Source of the DNA: a virus
Reading direction: 5' to 3' (one strand)
IMG/VR virus record: IMGVR_UViG_3300025168_011805
Span: 6,558-70,557 of that record
Length of the DNA stretch: 64,000 bases
This document shows, piece by piece, positions 9,415 to 19,795 of the stretch; the first letter of the stretch is position 1, and each line of letters opens with the position of its first letter. The notes under the pieces are model-generated. The model was not told where the DNA came from, made no database searches, and saw only the letters and a list, made by a program, of their open reading frames with translations. Position numbers and translations under genes: made by a program.

Positions 9415-9793
9415 ATATCTTAATTCAATTAATTTTTCGAAGTCTCCACTGATGGACGGAGATCCCACTGGTTTGTATGAAAAGGAATATGTTCCCTTTG
9501 TCATCAACAAGTGTTTGTCTTATTTTCCAGACAGCATTCTGTATGCAAATCAATGTAATCAAATGTCTCATCTCGGCAGTAAAATGCAATTCGACTATCT
9601 TAGATTGTCTCTCAGAAAGAGAAAGCGATTTAGTAAGTGGTTGAAAAGAGAGGACGATGATAAATTGGCTCTCATAAAAAAGCATTATAACTATTCAAAT
9701 CACAGAGCAAGGGAAGTTTTATCTCTGTTGTCAGATGAACAGCTCAGAAATATAGAAGCGTTATATGACACTGGCGGTGTTAAAAAGGGATAA
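9401..9793 (+). CDS. gp62: Clamp loader small subunit
   Basis: YLNSINFSK, YVPFVINKCLS, RKRKRFSKW, C-terminal GG; synteny. Confidence 0.93.
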   Translation: MNLSEYLNSINFSKSPLMDGDPTGLYEKEYVPFVINKCLSYFPDSILYANQCNQMSHLGSKMQFDYLRLSLRKRKRFSKWLKREDDDKLALIKKHYNYSNHRAREVLSLLSDEQLRNIEALYDTGGVKKG

Positions 9794-9848
9794 GATCTAT
9801 ATATTATGCCATATTATATTGAAGCGAATATGTATTGGAGATAATATT

Positions 9849-10265
9849 ATGGATAGTGAAGAAGAAAATGATATTTTTGAGGGCTTGGGCGTAGAGATAG
9901 AACTTCCAGAAGAAGATTCTTTTTTGAAAGTGAGAGAAACTCTCACACGTATAGGTGTCTCATCAAGAAAAGAAAACAAATTATATCAGTCTTGCCATAT
10001 TCTACACAAAAGAGGTAGATATGCCATACTGCACTTTAAAGAATTATTCTTGCTAGATGGATTGTCTAGCGATGTTTCTGACAATGATCTAGGAAGAAGA
10101 AATACTATTGTTAAACTTTTAAAAGAATGGGGTTTAGTTGTTCCAATCGAAGGAGAGGAATATGATGAACCACAATCAGGTTTGGCACAAATTAAAATTA
10201 TCCCACACAGAGAAAAAACTGACTGGGAACTAATACCAAAATACCATATAGGAAAAAATAGGTAA
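9849..10265 (+). CDS. regA: Translational repressor RegA
   Basis: FLKVRETLTRIGV, LYQSCHILHKRGRYAILHFKELF, RRNTI, LIPKY; GGAG RBS before ATG 9849. Confidence 0.97.
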   Translation: MDSEEENDIFEGLGVEIELPEEDSFLKVRETLTRIGVSSRKENKLYQSCHILHKRGRYAILHFKELFLLDGLSSDVSDNDLGRRNTIVKLLKEWGLVVPIEGEEYDEPQSGLAQIKIIPHREKTDWELIPKYHIGKNR

Positions 10266-10271
10266 TTGATA

Positions 10272-10964
10272 ATGAAACTAGTGATAAAATTTCCTTCTCG
10301 TAATCGTCCTGAAAAATTCAAACAAATTTTAACCAAATATATTTCTTTACTTTCTGGTAAACATGAAGTATCATTTATCATAACTTTAGATGAAGATGAT
10401 TCGACAATGAATACACCAAAAATGAGAATGTGGTTAGATGAGTTAGCACAGGCTAATGATATACAATATTTCTACGGTAACTCAAAATCTAAAGTAGAAG
10501 CTTGTAACGCAAATATGGACGGTGCGGAGGGTGATGTTCTTTTACTGATTTCAGATGATATGTTCCCCGTCCAAGAAGATTATGATGATATCATCTATAG
10601 GACATATCAAAACACCTTCCCTGATTATGATGGGGCAATAAAGTTTAATGATGGAATAAGAAAAGATCCATTGATGACATTGCCTTGTTTGGGATGGAAG
10701 CTCTATGAGAGATTTGGATATATCTACCACCCAGATTATACTTCTGTGTTTTGTGATAACGAGCAAACTTCGGCGTGTATGCTAATGGGTAAGTTTGCAG
10801 TTAGTGATATTTGTATTGCAAAACATCTTTGGATTCCCGGAAACCACGATCAAGCTGATGAGTTACATCAAAGAAATGACAGTGGTGAAATGTATGAAAA
10901 AGATGGAAAGGTATTTGAAGAAAGAAAAAATAATAACTTCGGGGTTCTTAGAGAAGTTAGTTAG
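10272..10964 (+). CDS. GT-A fold glycosyltransferase (GT2-like)
   Basis: FPSRNRP, LDEDD, ISDDM DxD-like motif, FCDNE. Confidence 0.8.
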   Translation: MKLVIKFPSRNRPEKFKQILTKYISLLSGKHEVSFIITLDEDDSTMNTPKMRMWLDELAQANDIQYFYGNSKSKVEACNANMDGAEGDVLLLISDDMFPVQEDYDDIIYRTYQNTFPDYDGAIKFNDGIRKDPLMTLPCLGWKLYERFGYIYHPDYTSVFCDNEQTSACMLMGKFAVSDICIAKHLWIPGNHDQADELHQRNDSGEMYEKDGKVFEERKNNNFGVLREVS

Positions 10965-10973
10965 GAAAATATA

Positions 10974-11651
10974 ATGAAAACATATACGTTCTACTCCGAC
11001 TCACACAAACAAATATTAGATGATTATTACCTCAAGTCGTTTCCTTATGAAAAAGATCTTGAGCTTGTTATTAGAAACATCCCACAGGACTGTCCTTCGG
11101 CATCATTTATGCACGCCGGATGGATGTCTGCGATGAGAAAAAAGATGGAATATGTTGTAGATTCTATCTTAGAAACAAAAGGTCGAGATGAATTTTTTGT
11201 ACATTCTGATTGTGATATAATTTTCTTCGATAAGTTCAAAGATAATATCATCGAAGAAATTGGTGACAATGATATAGCTTGTATAGATGATGTAAATATG
11301 CTTTGTGCTGGTTTCTTTATTGCTAGATCAAACGATAAAATTCTCAATCTATTCGAAAACGTCCTGAAAAACATGGATAACTTTAGTCAAAGTGGTAGTG
11401 GTGATCAAATAGCAATGAATTACTATATCAAAGATATGGGAATAAAAGCAAAACCACTGGGTAAACGATACCACAACGTTTTTCATTCTTTAGAAAAAGA
11501 ATGGACGCGAGATATTGCATGGAATTTTGATGTACCAAAAGACATCATTATGCATCATGCTAACTTTACTAGAGGCATTGAAACTAAGATGTCTCTCATG
11601 GATATAATGGTAGGTAAATGTGATTATACTAAAACCCCGGCAGGGACATAA
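10974..11651 (+). CDS. Nucleotide-diphospho-sugar transferase (GT77/PF03407-like)
   Basis: SDCDIIF, CAGFF, DQIAMN, HHANF..K. Confidence 0.8.
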   Translation: MKTYTFYSDSHKQILDDYYLKSFPYEKDLELVIRNIPQDCPSASFMHAGWMSAMRKKMEYVVDSILETKGRDEFFVHSDCDIIFFDKFKDNIIEEIGDNDIACIDDVNMLCAGFFIARSNDKILNLFENVLKNMDNFSQSGSGDQIAMNYYIKDMGIKAKPLGKRYHNVFHSLEKEWTRDIAWNFDVPKDIIMHHANFTRGIETKMSLMDIMVGKCDYTKTPAGT

Positions 11652-12420
11652 GGGCGATTCTTTTAGAGAGTTGCTAGATATTTGGGAATCTGAAGGGTTG
11701 TGTAAACTTGGAGACAGCCCAGATGGATTTTGTTGGGTAGATAAGCCTGGCAAAATTTTATTATACGATCATCCAAGAGTTGATGATCGACCAGTCTCTC
11801 CTTTTGAATATGGATTATTTGGTAATACGATTCCTAACTGTGCAGACGACAGATGCAAGCCTTGGATTTTTTGGGGAAGAAAACCAAAGCTAATAGAAAA
11901 ATATAAAAAAGAATTTAGACGTTCTTACCAAGACAGAAAAATCGAAAGTATTTTCTTGGGTAAGATAGAAAATCAAGTACAATTAGATAAAAGATCATCA
12001 CATGATTGGTCTGATTGTATAGAACTGTTTAGTATGCCCGTTATGATGGGGGACACCAACAGGTGGCCTTACACACAAGAAGAGTATTTGGAAAAACTTT
12101 CCTATTCTAAATTTGGATTATGTCTGCCAGGCTACGGTCCAAAATGTAATAGAGAAATAGAGTACATGGCTTTTGGTGTGGTTCCAATCGTAACACCCGG
12201 TGTGGATACTACCTACTATAATAAACTGGTAGAAAATACACACTTTATAAAAATCTCTTCTCCAGAAGAGATAGATAAACTAAGAGAAGTCAAAGAGGAA
12301 GAGTGGAAAACTCTTTCTGATAATTGCATATCTTGGTACGAGGAAAACTGTTCCTCATATGGATCCTTTTCAACTACATGTAAAATTTTAAATGAGGTAT
12401 TTCAGTATGAATGCGAATGA
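11620..12420 (+). CDS. Exostosin/GT47-like glycosyltransferase
   Basis: Y..LSYSKFGLCLPGYG...R.IE.MAFGVVPI C-terminal motif. Confidence 0.65.
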   Translation: MIILKPRQGHKGDSFRELLDIWESEGLCKLGDSPDGFCWVDKPGKILLYDHPRVDDRPVSPFEYGLFGNTIPNCADDRCKPWIFWGRKPKLIEKYKKEFRRSYQDRKIESIFLGKIENQVQLDKRSSHDWSDCIELFSMPVMMGDTNRWPYTQEEYLEKLSYSKFGLCLPGYGPKCNREIEYMAFGVVPIVTPGVDTTYYNKLVENTHFIKISSPEEIDKLREVKEEEWKTLSDNCISWYEENCSSYGSFSTTCKILNEVFQYECE

Positions 12421-13231
12421 AGGTAATGAGAAATTAAAGCAAATGGTTTTATCAGGTGAAGCTTTTTGTGCAGGAAAGATTGGAAATTCTGAGCAGTTGG
12501 CTCTTATTCAAAATCTAATGGAAGCACCCACTTGGAACCAGCAGGTGATTTATTTTATCACTGTTATTGCTGGAGTTTTTCCCGAAGATCAGGATACACT
12601 AAACGAGTTTGCTGAAGTATTTTATGAGTGTTTAGATCAAGTTGATCTCTCTCCAAAGTGGTTAGATCATGATGAAGAAATTCTCACCGCGAGAAATCCA
12701 GAAGTTCTCTTGACTGAACTTAGAGGTCTTGAACCATACTACCACGATAACCCTTGGACAGAAGCTCTTGCTGGTAAAAAGGTTTTGGTTATGTCACCAT
12801 TTGCCAAAACAATTAAAGAGCAGTATGATAACAACAGGGAGTCGCTCTGGGAAGATGGAAGAGTTCTTCCTGAGTTTGATTTAGAAGTTGTAGAAACACC
12901 ACAGTCACATTACTTAACCGAATCCCCTTACGAGAATTGGTTTGAGGGACTGGATGATCTCAAGTCGAAGATCGAAGACTCTGACGCTGACGTTGTTCTC
13001 ACTGGTTGTGGAGCTTGGTCACTTCCTCTTGCTGTACATGCGAAGAGATTCAACAAGCAGGGTATTCACATAGGTGGTCCAACACAGATTCTCTTTGGTG
13101 TTAAGGGTGGTAGATGGGATACTCACCCAATCATTTCAGAGTTCTATAATGAAAACTGGAAAAGGCCATCGGCAGAAGAAACTCCTGAAAAAGAAAAAAC
13201 AGAACTCGTAGAAAACAGTTGTTACTGGTGA
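12407..13231 (+). CDS. Conserved polysaccharide-locus protein (probable glycosyltransferase)
   Basis: LEPYY..PWTEALAGKKVLV.SPF, DVVLTGCGAWSLPL, IHIGG..QILFG pattern typical of capsule/LPS loci. Confidence 0.6.
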   Translation: MNANEGNEKLKQMVLSGEAFCAGKIGNSEQLALIQNLMEAPTWNQQVIYFITVIAGVFPEDQDTLNEFAEVFYECLDQVDLSPKWLDHDEEILTARNPEVLLTELRGLEPYYHDNPWTEALAGKKVLVMSPFAKTIKEQYDNNRESLWEDGRVLPEFDLEVVETPQSHYLTESPYENWFEGLDDLKSKIEDSDADVVLTGCGAWSLPLAVHAKRFNKQGIHIGGPTQILFGVKGGRWDTHPIISEFYNENWKRPSAEETPEKEKTELVENSCYW

Positions 13232-13239
13232 GGTGAACT

Positions 13240-14082
13240 ATGAAGATATGGGATTGCTTTAATTTTTATAATGAGTTAGACTTACTAGAGCTTAGACTTG
13301 AAGAGTTATATGATGTCGTAGATCATTTTGTTCTATGTGAAAATACCGTCACTCACATGGGTGATGATAAACCTCTTTACTTCGAAGAAAACAAAGAGAG
13401 ATATTCTAAGTACCTCGATAAGATCGTTCATGTTGTGGTTGATGACATGAAAGGTAAAGGAAGAGCATACATTGACATAGAACAAAAGAATAGATGTATA
13501 GACGGTTTGAGTAACTGTACTCGTGATGATCTTATTCTTTATTCTGATTTAGATGAGATACCAATCAGAAGTAAACTAAAAGAAGTAATAGAGGAATATA
13601 AAGTAACTAAACAACCCTTTTGTCTACAGGGTAACTTCCATTGCTATTTCTTGAATGGTATTAGATCTAGTGAAGGCGAATTCCAAAAGTGGAATGGACC
13701 TACCGGGATATCACACGCCACTCTGGAAACTTCAGGTTTAACACTAAACCAGTTGCGTGACTTGAGAGATAAACATCCTCAGATAAAAATCTTTAAGGAA
13801 ACGGCGTGTCACCTTACATACATTGGAACTCCTGAGCAGATAGAAATTAAGTTGAGGAACTGGGGACATGCAGTTGATCTGGGTAAGAATTTCATGGAGG
13901 GTGTTGATGATGTGCCTGCAAAAATACAATCTTTCATAGACGAAGGTAAGTTTTTGTTCAATGAACATCGAGTTAGATATGTTGATCCAGATGAAATACC
14001 AATGTTAGAATCTTACACAGAGAACAAAGAAAAGTATTACCATCTTATTTCATCTTACAATCCGTCTCTAAAGGAGACTTGA
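13240..14082 (+). CDS. GT17 (MGAT3-like) beta-1,4-GlcNAc transferase
   Basis: DCFNFYNELDLLELRLEEL..VDHFV..E..TH.G..KPL, SDLDEIP. Confidence 0.85.
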   Translation: MKIWDCFNFYNELDLLELRLEELYDVVDHFVLCENTVTHMGDDKPLYFEENKERYSKYLDKIVHVVVDDMKGKGRAYIDIEQKNRCIDGLSNCTRDDLILYSDLDEIPIRSKLKEVIEEYKVTKQPFCLQGNFHCYFLNGIRSSEGEFQKWNGPTGISHATLETSGLTLNQLRDLRDKHPQIKIFKETACHLTYIGTPEQIEIKLRNWGHAVDLGKNFMEGVDDVPAKIQSFIDEGKFLFNEHRVRYVDPDEIPMLESYTENKEKYYHLISSYNPSLKET

Positions 14083-14083
14083 T

Positions 14084-14701
14084 ATGACACATGGGCAACT
14101 TAAACAGTATGGATCCGGTACATGTGCATGGGTGGTGGATCCGGAATTAATAAACCCCCACTCTGTTGTTTATTCGTTTGGGGTTGGCGAAGATATTTCT
14201 TTTGATGACGATCTTTATAAGAATCACGGTTGCACTGTTTATTTGTTTGATCCCACTCCTCGCTCAGTCAAGTACTATTCCGATCAGGACACACCTTCTT
14301 CTTTTGTTTTTGAAACAATAGGTCTTTCAGATCATGACGGAGATCTTTTGATGGAACAACCAGATCGGGCTGAGTGGGTTTCCTACAGAGAAGTGATTGG
14401 TGAATCTAACACTACCATACGGTGTGAAGTAAAGAAGTTAAAAACTATAATGGAATCGAAAGGTCATAGCCATATCGATCTTCTTAAGATGGACATAGAG
14501 GGATCTGAATTTTCTGTTGTTGAGGATATGATTAAGGATGAAATATTCCCAACACAACTACTAGTAGAATATCACGAAAGATTTGATGATTATTCAGTTG
14601 AAGATAAAGAAAAATCTGTTAAACTATTAGTTGATAATGGTTATGACATTGTATGGACAAACATGCAAGAGTTTACATTCGTCAGAGGAGAACCAACTTG
14701 A
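14084..14701 (+). CDS. FkbM-family methyltransferase
   Basis: VYSFGVGEDISFD, FDPTP, LKMDIEGSE, VEYH. Confidence 0.88.
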   Translation: MTHGQLKQYGSGTCAWVVDPELINPHSVVYSFGVGEDISFDDDLYKNHGCTVYLFDPTPRSVKYYSDQDTPSSFVFETIGLSDHDGDLLMEQPDRAEWVSYREVIGESNTTIRCEVKKLKTIMESKGHSHIDLLKMDIEGSEFSVVEDMIKDEIFPTQLLVEYHERFDDYSVEDKEKSVKLLVDNGYDIVWTNMQEFTFVRGEPT

Positions 14702-15414
14702 GTAGCCTTACAGTAATATTGACAGTTTGGAAAAGAAATTATCTTGAAGATCAGCTTCAATCAATTTATAATCAGTCAATCCAGGCAGATGAAATTATAG
14801 TTTATCAAAATGATTCTCACATTGATATCTCGGATCTTCGGGAAAGGTATGGATTTACTCACATACACAATGTGAATAGAAACTTCAAATTCCACGGCAG
14901 ATTTACTCTTCCACTTATTTTAGACACAGACTACGTTGCAATTTTCGATGACGATACTATTCCTAATCCCGGATGGTTGGAGTACGCGGTAAATAAATCA
15001 AAACAACTTAACTCCATTATAGGTGCAAACGGAAGATACTCTCATATTAAGGTTGGTGGCATTGATTTTGGTGCATTCAATACTGAAGATGTCGAGGTTG
15101 ACTTCGTTGGACACTGTTGGGTTTTCAAAAGGGACTGGGTGAAAAACTTCTGGAGAGAGGATCAAGTTACTCTCGATAACGCAGAGGACATTCAGTTTTG
15201 TGCATCACTCAAGGTAAATGGTGACATAAGAAGTTTTGTCCCTGCACAACCAAAAGATAACCCTGCTATTTGGTCTGATCCCCACAACTGTGTTTTAGGT
15301 GATGATGATTTGGCTTCATATAAACAACAAGGTCATTCTGATCTTAGAGAAAATGTAATGGGTTACTGGAAAGATAGAGGCTGGAAACCTGTTGCTCTGG
15401 AGAAGTCAAAATGA
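14698..15414 (+). CDS. GT2-family glycosyltransferase
   Basis: TVILTVWKR..Q, FDDDTIP, ED motif; TTG start after GAGGAG. Confidence 0.8.
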   Translation: MSSLTVILTVWKRNYLEDQLQSIYNQSIQADEIIVYQNDSHIDISDLRERYGFTHIHNVNRNFKFHGRFTLPLILDTDYVAIFDDDTIPNPGWLEYAVNKSKQLNSIIGANGRYSHIKVGGIDFGAFNTEDVEVDFVGHCWVFKRDWVKNFWREDQVTLDNAEDIQFCASLKVNGDIRSFVPAQPKDNPAIWSDPHNCVLGDDDLASYKQQGHSDLRENVMGYWKDRGWKPVALEKSK

Positions 15415-16130
15415 TAATCATACCAGATTTTACGCCCTGTGGTTTTGGGAATAAAGTTCTCTACTACAATAACATGAGACAGTTAGCAGCGAAACAAGGT
15501 GTTGGTTATGCATGTCCCCCTTGGGAAGGACTAAGTGTCTTTGATTTACCTCTGGAAAATATTACACAAACAGAACCACAATATCTACCGTTCTGTTTGG
15601 GTGAAAAGTATTTTGACTGGAAAACAATATCAACTAGAGATATTTTCAAGTTCGCAGTAGAAGAACCACCATTAATTAAAAATTCATGTGCTGTTCATTT
15701 CAGAGGAACTGATAAGTTCAGAGTGGACAAAGATGCAATTTACGTTGGACAAAAGACTCAATACTATTTGGATGCAATTGATAGACTCAAAGAAGAAGTA
15801 AACCATTTTTATATTTTCACTGATGATTTAGAAATGGATCAATTCAAAGCAGTGGTAGAGAGACTAAAGGAACTTAAGTTAGGCTATTCCTTTGGTGATA
15901 ATACTTGGGATAGAGAATATTTTGCTGAAGACTTTGTTAGGATGTCGCACTGTGATTATATGATATCAAGTCCATCTACTTTTAATATTGTCGCTGGTAT
16001 GGTAGGAAAAAATAAAAAGATAATTCATTCAAAAGAATGGCTAGATAACAGGAAAAACAAAAATGATCGGTTCTGGGTTGAGTTGTTAGAAAATCAAGAT
16101 GAAGATTATTCAGTATGGGAACTTATATAA
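15411..16130 (+). CDS. GT11-like alpha-1,2-fucosyltransferase
   Basis: GFGN, HFRGTD, YY..AI, FTDD, DF..MS.CD...SSPSTF. Confidence 0.8.
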   Translation: MIIIPDFTPCGFGNKVLYYNNMRQLAAKQGVGYACPPWEGLSVFDLPLENITQTEPQYLPFCLGEKYFDWKTISTRDIFKFAVEEPPLIKNSCAVHFRGTDKFRVDKDAIYVGQKTQYYLDAIDRLKEEVNHFYIFTDDLEMDQFKAVVERLKELKLGYSFGDNTWDREYFAEDFVRMSHCDYMISSPSTFNIVAGMVGKNKKIIHSKEWLDNRKNKNDRFWVELLENQDEDYSVWELI

Positions 16131-16783
16131 TGTTAAAAAGAACTGATAGAGATCATGTAATGCAAACACTCTCAGACAATCCACAATGGAACGTGGTTGA
16201 TTTGGGGTGTGGTGCGAAGAGCGGATGTGAGTATGCGGATGTGTTGGTTGATCACGATGATCACACAGACAATTATCCAAATAAGAAGTTTGTCAAACAC
16301 GAATTGAATTCATATCCATATCCATTTAAAGATAAAGAATTTGATTATTGTTTTGCTAGTCATATATTAGAACATATTCATGAACCAGTTAAATTTCTCA
16401 ATGAGATTGTGAGAATATCAAAGAGGGGTTATATTGAAGTACCATCCCCCTTGTTTGATAACTTAGTTTCATCTTTTGATCCAAGAGAAGAGTTTGGACA
16501 TAAGTGGTGGATATCTTTCAGTGATGCTAAGTTCACACTTCAGTTTAGACATAGGCAAAATATTTTACACAACACAATCGATATACCAGAATGTAATAAG
16601 TTATATCCTTTCTTCAGAAAGAGTATGGTTGTTGAGTTGTATTGGGAAGATCGTATATCTGCTGAATTATGCGATGATACGTATTCATACGAAGAAAAGA
16701 CATACGATCTGAGTTCTGAAAGTGTGACACCATGGGTTATAGGTCAGAATATTTTGAGTAAACTTGGAATCAAATTTAACTAG
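16130..16783 (+). CDS. Class I SAM-dependent methyltransferase
   Basis: VDLGCG, PFKDKEFDY..ASHILEH, GYIEVP. Confidence 0.85.
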   Translation: MLKRTDRDHVMQTLSDNPQWNVVDLGCGAKSGCEYADVLVDHDDHTDNYPNKKFVKHELNSYPYPFKDKEFDYCFASHILEHIHEPVKFLNEIVRISKRGYIEVPSPLFDNLVSSFDPREEFGHKWWISFSDAKFTLQFRHRQNILHNTIDIPECNKLYPFFRKSMVVELYWEDRISAELCDDTYSYEEKTYDLSSESVTPWVIGQNILSKLGIKFN

Positions 16784-16791
16784 GAGCGATT

Positions 16792-17706
16792 ATGCGATAT
16801 CTTGTAACTGGCGGCGCCGGTTTTATTGGAAGTAATTTAGTAAATAGATTGATTGACGAAGGTCATGAAGTTGTTGTAATAGACAATGAATCATCTGACT
16901 GTCATGATAATTTTTACTGGAACGAAGAAGCAGAAAATTACAAGTATGACATTTGTGAATATGATAAAATTTTTCCTCTGTTCGAGGATGTCGATACTGT
17001 CTTTCATATTGCAGCACAAGCTAGAATTCAAATCTGTATAAACAATCCAACCACCGCTGCTAAAACAAATGTATATGGAACAAGTTGTGTTCTGCAAGCA
17101 GCAAAGGAAAACGGAGTAAGACGATTAGTTTATTCTTCTACATCATCTGCATACGGTTTGTCAAACACCCCTCCTTTGGTAGAGACAATGCCAAAAGATT
17201 GTCTGAATCCATACTCAGTGACCAAAGTTTGTGGTGAAGAGTTGTGTGAGATGTATACTAAGTTATTTGGTTTCGAGACAGTGATCTTCAGATACTTTAA
17301 TGTATATGGAGAGAATCAGCCATTGAAGGGGCAGTACGCACCTGTGGTTGGTATCTTCCAGCGCCAAGTTGATGCTGGTATTCCAATGACAGTCGTTGGC
17401 GATGGACTTCAAACTAGAGACTATACTCATGTATCTGATGTGGTAGAAGCTAATATTCTTGCTTCTAGAACATATAATGGTGCTGCTTTGGGTCAAATTT
17501 TTAATATTGGTTATGGAGAGAATTTGAGTGTCATGGATCTTGTTAAGATGATTGGTAAGGGTGATTCTCCGAAAGAGTTTGAAGATTATGTCTACATTGG
17601 ACGAAGACCGGGAGAAGCTCGTGATACTCTTTCTGATTGCTCTAAAGCAGAACAAATTCTTAATTGGAAAGCTAAGATAAGATTGGAAGATTGGTTAGGA
17701 AAATGA
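16792..17706 (+). CDS. NAD-dependent nucleotide-sugar epimerase/dehydratase
   Basis: TGGAGFIGS, YSVTK (YxxxK), RYFNVYG, RDYTHVSD. Confidence 0.93.
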   Translation: MRYLVTGGAGFIGSNLVNRLIDEGHEVVVIDNESSDCHDNFYWNEEAENYKYDICEYDKIFPLFEDVDTVFHIAAQARIQICINNPTTAAKTNVYGTSCVLQAAKENGVRRLVYSSTSSAYGLSNTPPLVETMPKDCLNPYSVTKVCGEELCEMYTKLFGFETVIFRYFNVYGENQPLKGQYAPVVGIFQRQVDAGIPMTVVGDGLQTRDYTHVSDVVEANILASRTYNGAALGQIFNIGYGENLSVMDLVKMIGKGDSPKEFEDYVYIGRRPGEARDTLSDCSKAEQILNWKAKIRLEDWLGK

Positions 17707-18482
17707 TCTACTTAAAGACTTATTTCTATAGACCTCACGAAATGAGATTTCTTCAGATGAATTTGATCGAGTCATATGATCATATTGATCGCTTTGTGAT
17801 ATGCGAGTGCAACAGAACACACACGGGTATGCCAAATGAATTGTTGTGGGAAAAGGAAAATCTAATTGAACATTTTCCGAAGAATCTTCGCGACAAGATT
17901 CTATATCTTCCATGTGATGTATCTGAAACTACAGTGGAAGCTTATGAAAATGAAGATGATATTCATAGAATAAATGAACCTGCCATGAGAAGTCACTTCA
18001 TGAAAATGATTAATTTCGAAGACGATGATATTATTATTTCAATAGACGCGGATGAAATAATTTACGAGCAGGCATATGAACATATAATAAATGAAACTGC
18101 TATACATGATCTGGTTCGTTTAAATTTGAATCAATTTTTTTGGAAGATGAATTATCTTTGGGAAAATAAAGATTTTACATCTGCAATATCAGCTAAGTAT
18201 AAAGTATTTAAAAACAACTACCCATGCAATTGGAGAGATGTCGGTCCTATTTTACCAATGAAAGCAGGTTGTCATTTCTCTTGGTGTATGCATCCAGAGG
18301 ACATGGTATATAAATTGCATACCTACAGTCACCCTCAGTATAGAAAATTTGCAGACGCTGATCTATTGGAAAAGGTTATAGAAAACAAAGAGTATCCGTT
18401 TGATCCCAATATAGAATTTAATATAAGAGAGTTAGATTGGCATGACGAAATACTACCAAAATCAATTCACACTGCCTGGTAA
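17703..18482 (+). CDS. Second GT17-like glycosyltransferase
   Basis: FVICECNRTHTG, IDADEI, GCHFSW, K...YSH. Confidence 0.75.
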   Translation: MIYLKTYFYRPHEMRFLQMNLIESYDHIDRFVICECNRTHTGMPNELLWEKENLIEHFPKNLRDKILYLPCDVSETTVEAYENEDDIHRINEPAMRSHFMKMINFEDDDIIISIDADEIIYEQAYEHIINETAIHDLVRLNLNQFFWKMNYLWENKDFTSAISAKYKVFKNNYPCNWRDVGPILPMKAGCHFSWCMHPEDMVYKLHTYSHPQYRKFADADLLEKVIENKEYPFDPNIEFNIRELDWHDEILPKSIHTAW

Positions 18483-19107
18483 AATCTCAGTAGTACTTTT
18501 TGATTTAGATGGAGTTCTTGTTGATGCCTGTGATTGGCACTTTGTTGCTTTAAATAAAGCACTCAGAGATACAGTCGATATAGAAATTAGTAGACATGAT
18601 CACGAAAAGAAGTATAATGGATTACCGACAAAAGTTAAATTGGAAATGTTGGGTATAGATAATGAGACTTCCAATAAGATTTGGAAAACAAAACAGGACT
18701 TGACTCTGGGGATAATAAAGAAAAATTCTTGTCCTGCGTATGATAAAATTTATTTGCATGATGTTCTAAAAGAAAATTCAATTAAAATTGGTTGTGTTAC
18801 AAATTCAATAAGAGAAACATCAGAAGCGATGTTAAAGTCAACTTCACAGTATGATTTCATAGACTTGTTGATAACAAATGAAGATGTAAAAAACAATAAA
18901 CCATCTCCTGATTGTTATGATCTGGCAGTAGAAAAATTTGGGGTTGATCCAAAGAATGTTTTGATTGTAGAGGATTCTGATAAAGGATTTGAAGCAGCTA
19001 CTACCTCCGTTGTGCCAAACATATGGAAGGTAGACAATTGTAAAGAAGTTAATTATAAAAATTTCAAGGAGTTTCTCGATGAAAATTTTAATACCAATGG
19101 CGGGTGA
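18442..19107 (+). CDS. HAD-superfamily phosphatase
   Basis: FDLDGVLVD, TNS, KPSPD, VEDS..G. Confidence 0.9.
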   Translation: MTKYYQNQFTLPGKISVVLFDLDGVLVDACDWHFVALNKALRDTVDIEISRHDHEKKYNGLPTKVKLEMLGIDNETSNKIWKTKQDLTLGIIKKNSCPAYDKIYLHDVLKENSIKIGCVTNSIRETSEAMLKSTSQYDFIDLLITNEDVKNNKPSPDCYDLAVEKFGVDPKNVLIVEDSDKGFEAATTSVVPNIWKVDNCKEVNYKNFKEFLDENFNTNGG

Positions 19108-19795
19108 AGGAAGTCGTTTTGCTAAAGAAGGATATACTTTCCCAAAACCACTGATTGATGTTGATGGTAAATCGATGATTCAAACTGTTGTTGAAAACTT
19201 AGACTTCGATGCAGATTATATTTTCCTTGTGAGAAAACAACACCTAGAAGAATACTCTGGTCTCAAGGAAACCCTTTATGAAATTACAAATGGTAGAACA
19301 ACAATTGTTGAGGTTGATGGTTTAACCGAGGGAGCTGCATGTACAGCTCTCTTAGCAAAAGAATTTATTGATAATGATGATGATTTGTTGATTGCAAATT
19401 CAGATCAGTTCATTGAATATCAAAATCAAAACTTCAATCTTATAAAAAATATGACTGACGTTGACTCTATGGTTTTCACCTTTACATCTGTTCACCCAAA
19501 ATGGTCTTTTGTTAAAACAAATTCTAGAGGATTTGTTACAGAGGTCGCTGAAAAGAAACCTATATCTAATATAGCAACGTGTGGTATTTATTGGTACAGA
19601 AACGGTTCTGACTTTGTGAAGTATGCAGAAGATATGATCTCTAAAAACATCAGAGTGAATAATGAATTCTACATTGCTCCTGTATATAATGAACTGATTC
19701 AAGATAAAAAAACATTAGTGCCTTTCTTTGTTCATGCGATGCATGGACTGGGAACTCCAGAAGATCTTAGAACATATTTGGGTAAAATTAAATGA
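19079..19795 (+). CDS. Sugar-phosphate nucleotidyltransferase
   Basis: IPMAGEGSRF...PKPLI, NSDQ, EK, GTPEDL. Confidence 0.9.
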   Translation: MKILIPMAGEGSRFAKEGYTFPKPLIDVDGKSMIQTVVENLDFDADYIFLVRKQHLEEYSGLKETLYEITNGRTTIVEVDGLTEGAACTALLAKEFIDNDDDLLIANSDQFIEYQNQNFNLIKNMTDVDSMVFTFTSVHPKWSFVKTNSRGFVTEVAEKKPISNIATCGIYWYRNGSDFVKYAEDMISKNIRVNNEFYIAPVYNELIQDKKTLVPFFVHAMHGLGTPEDLRTYLGKIK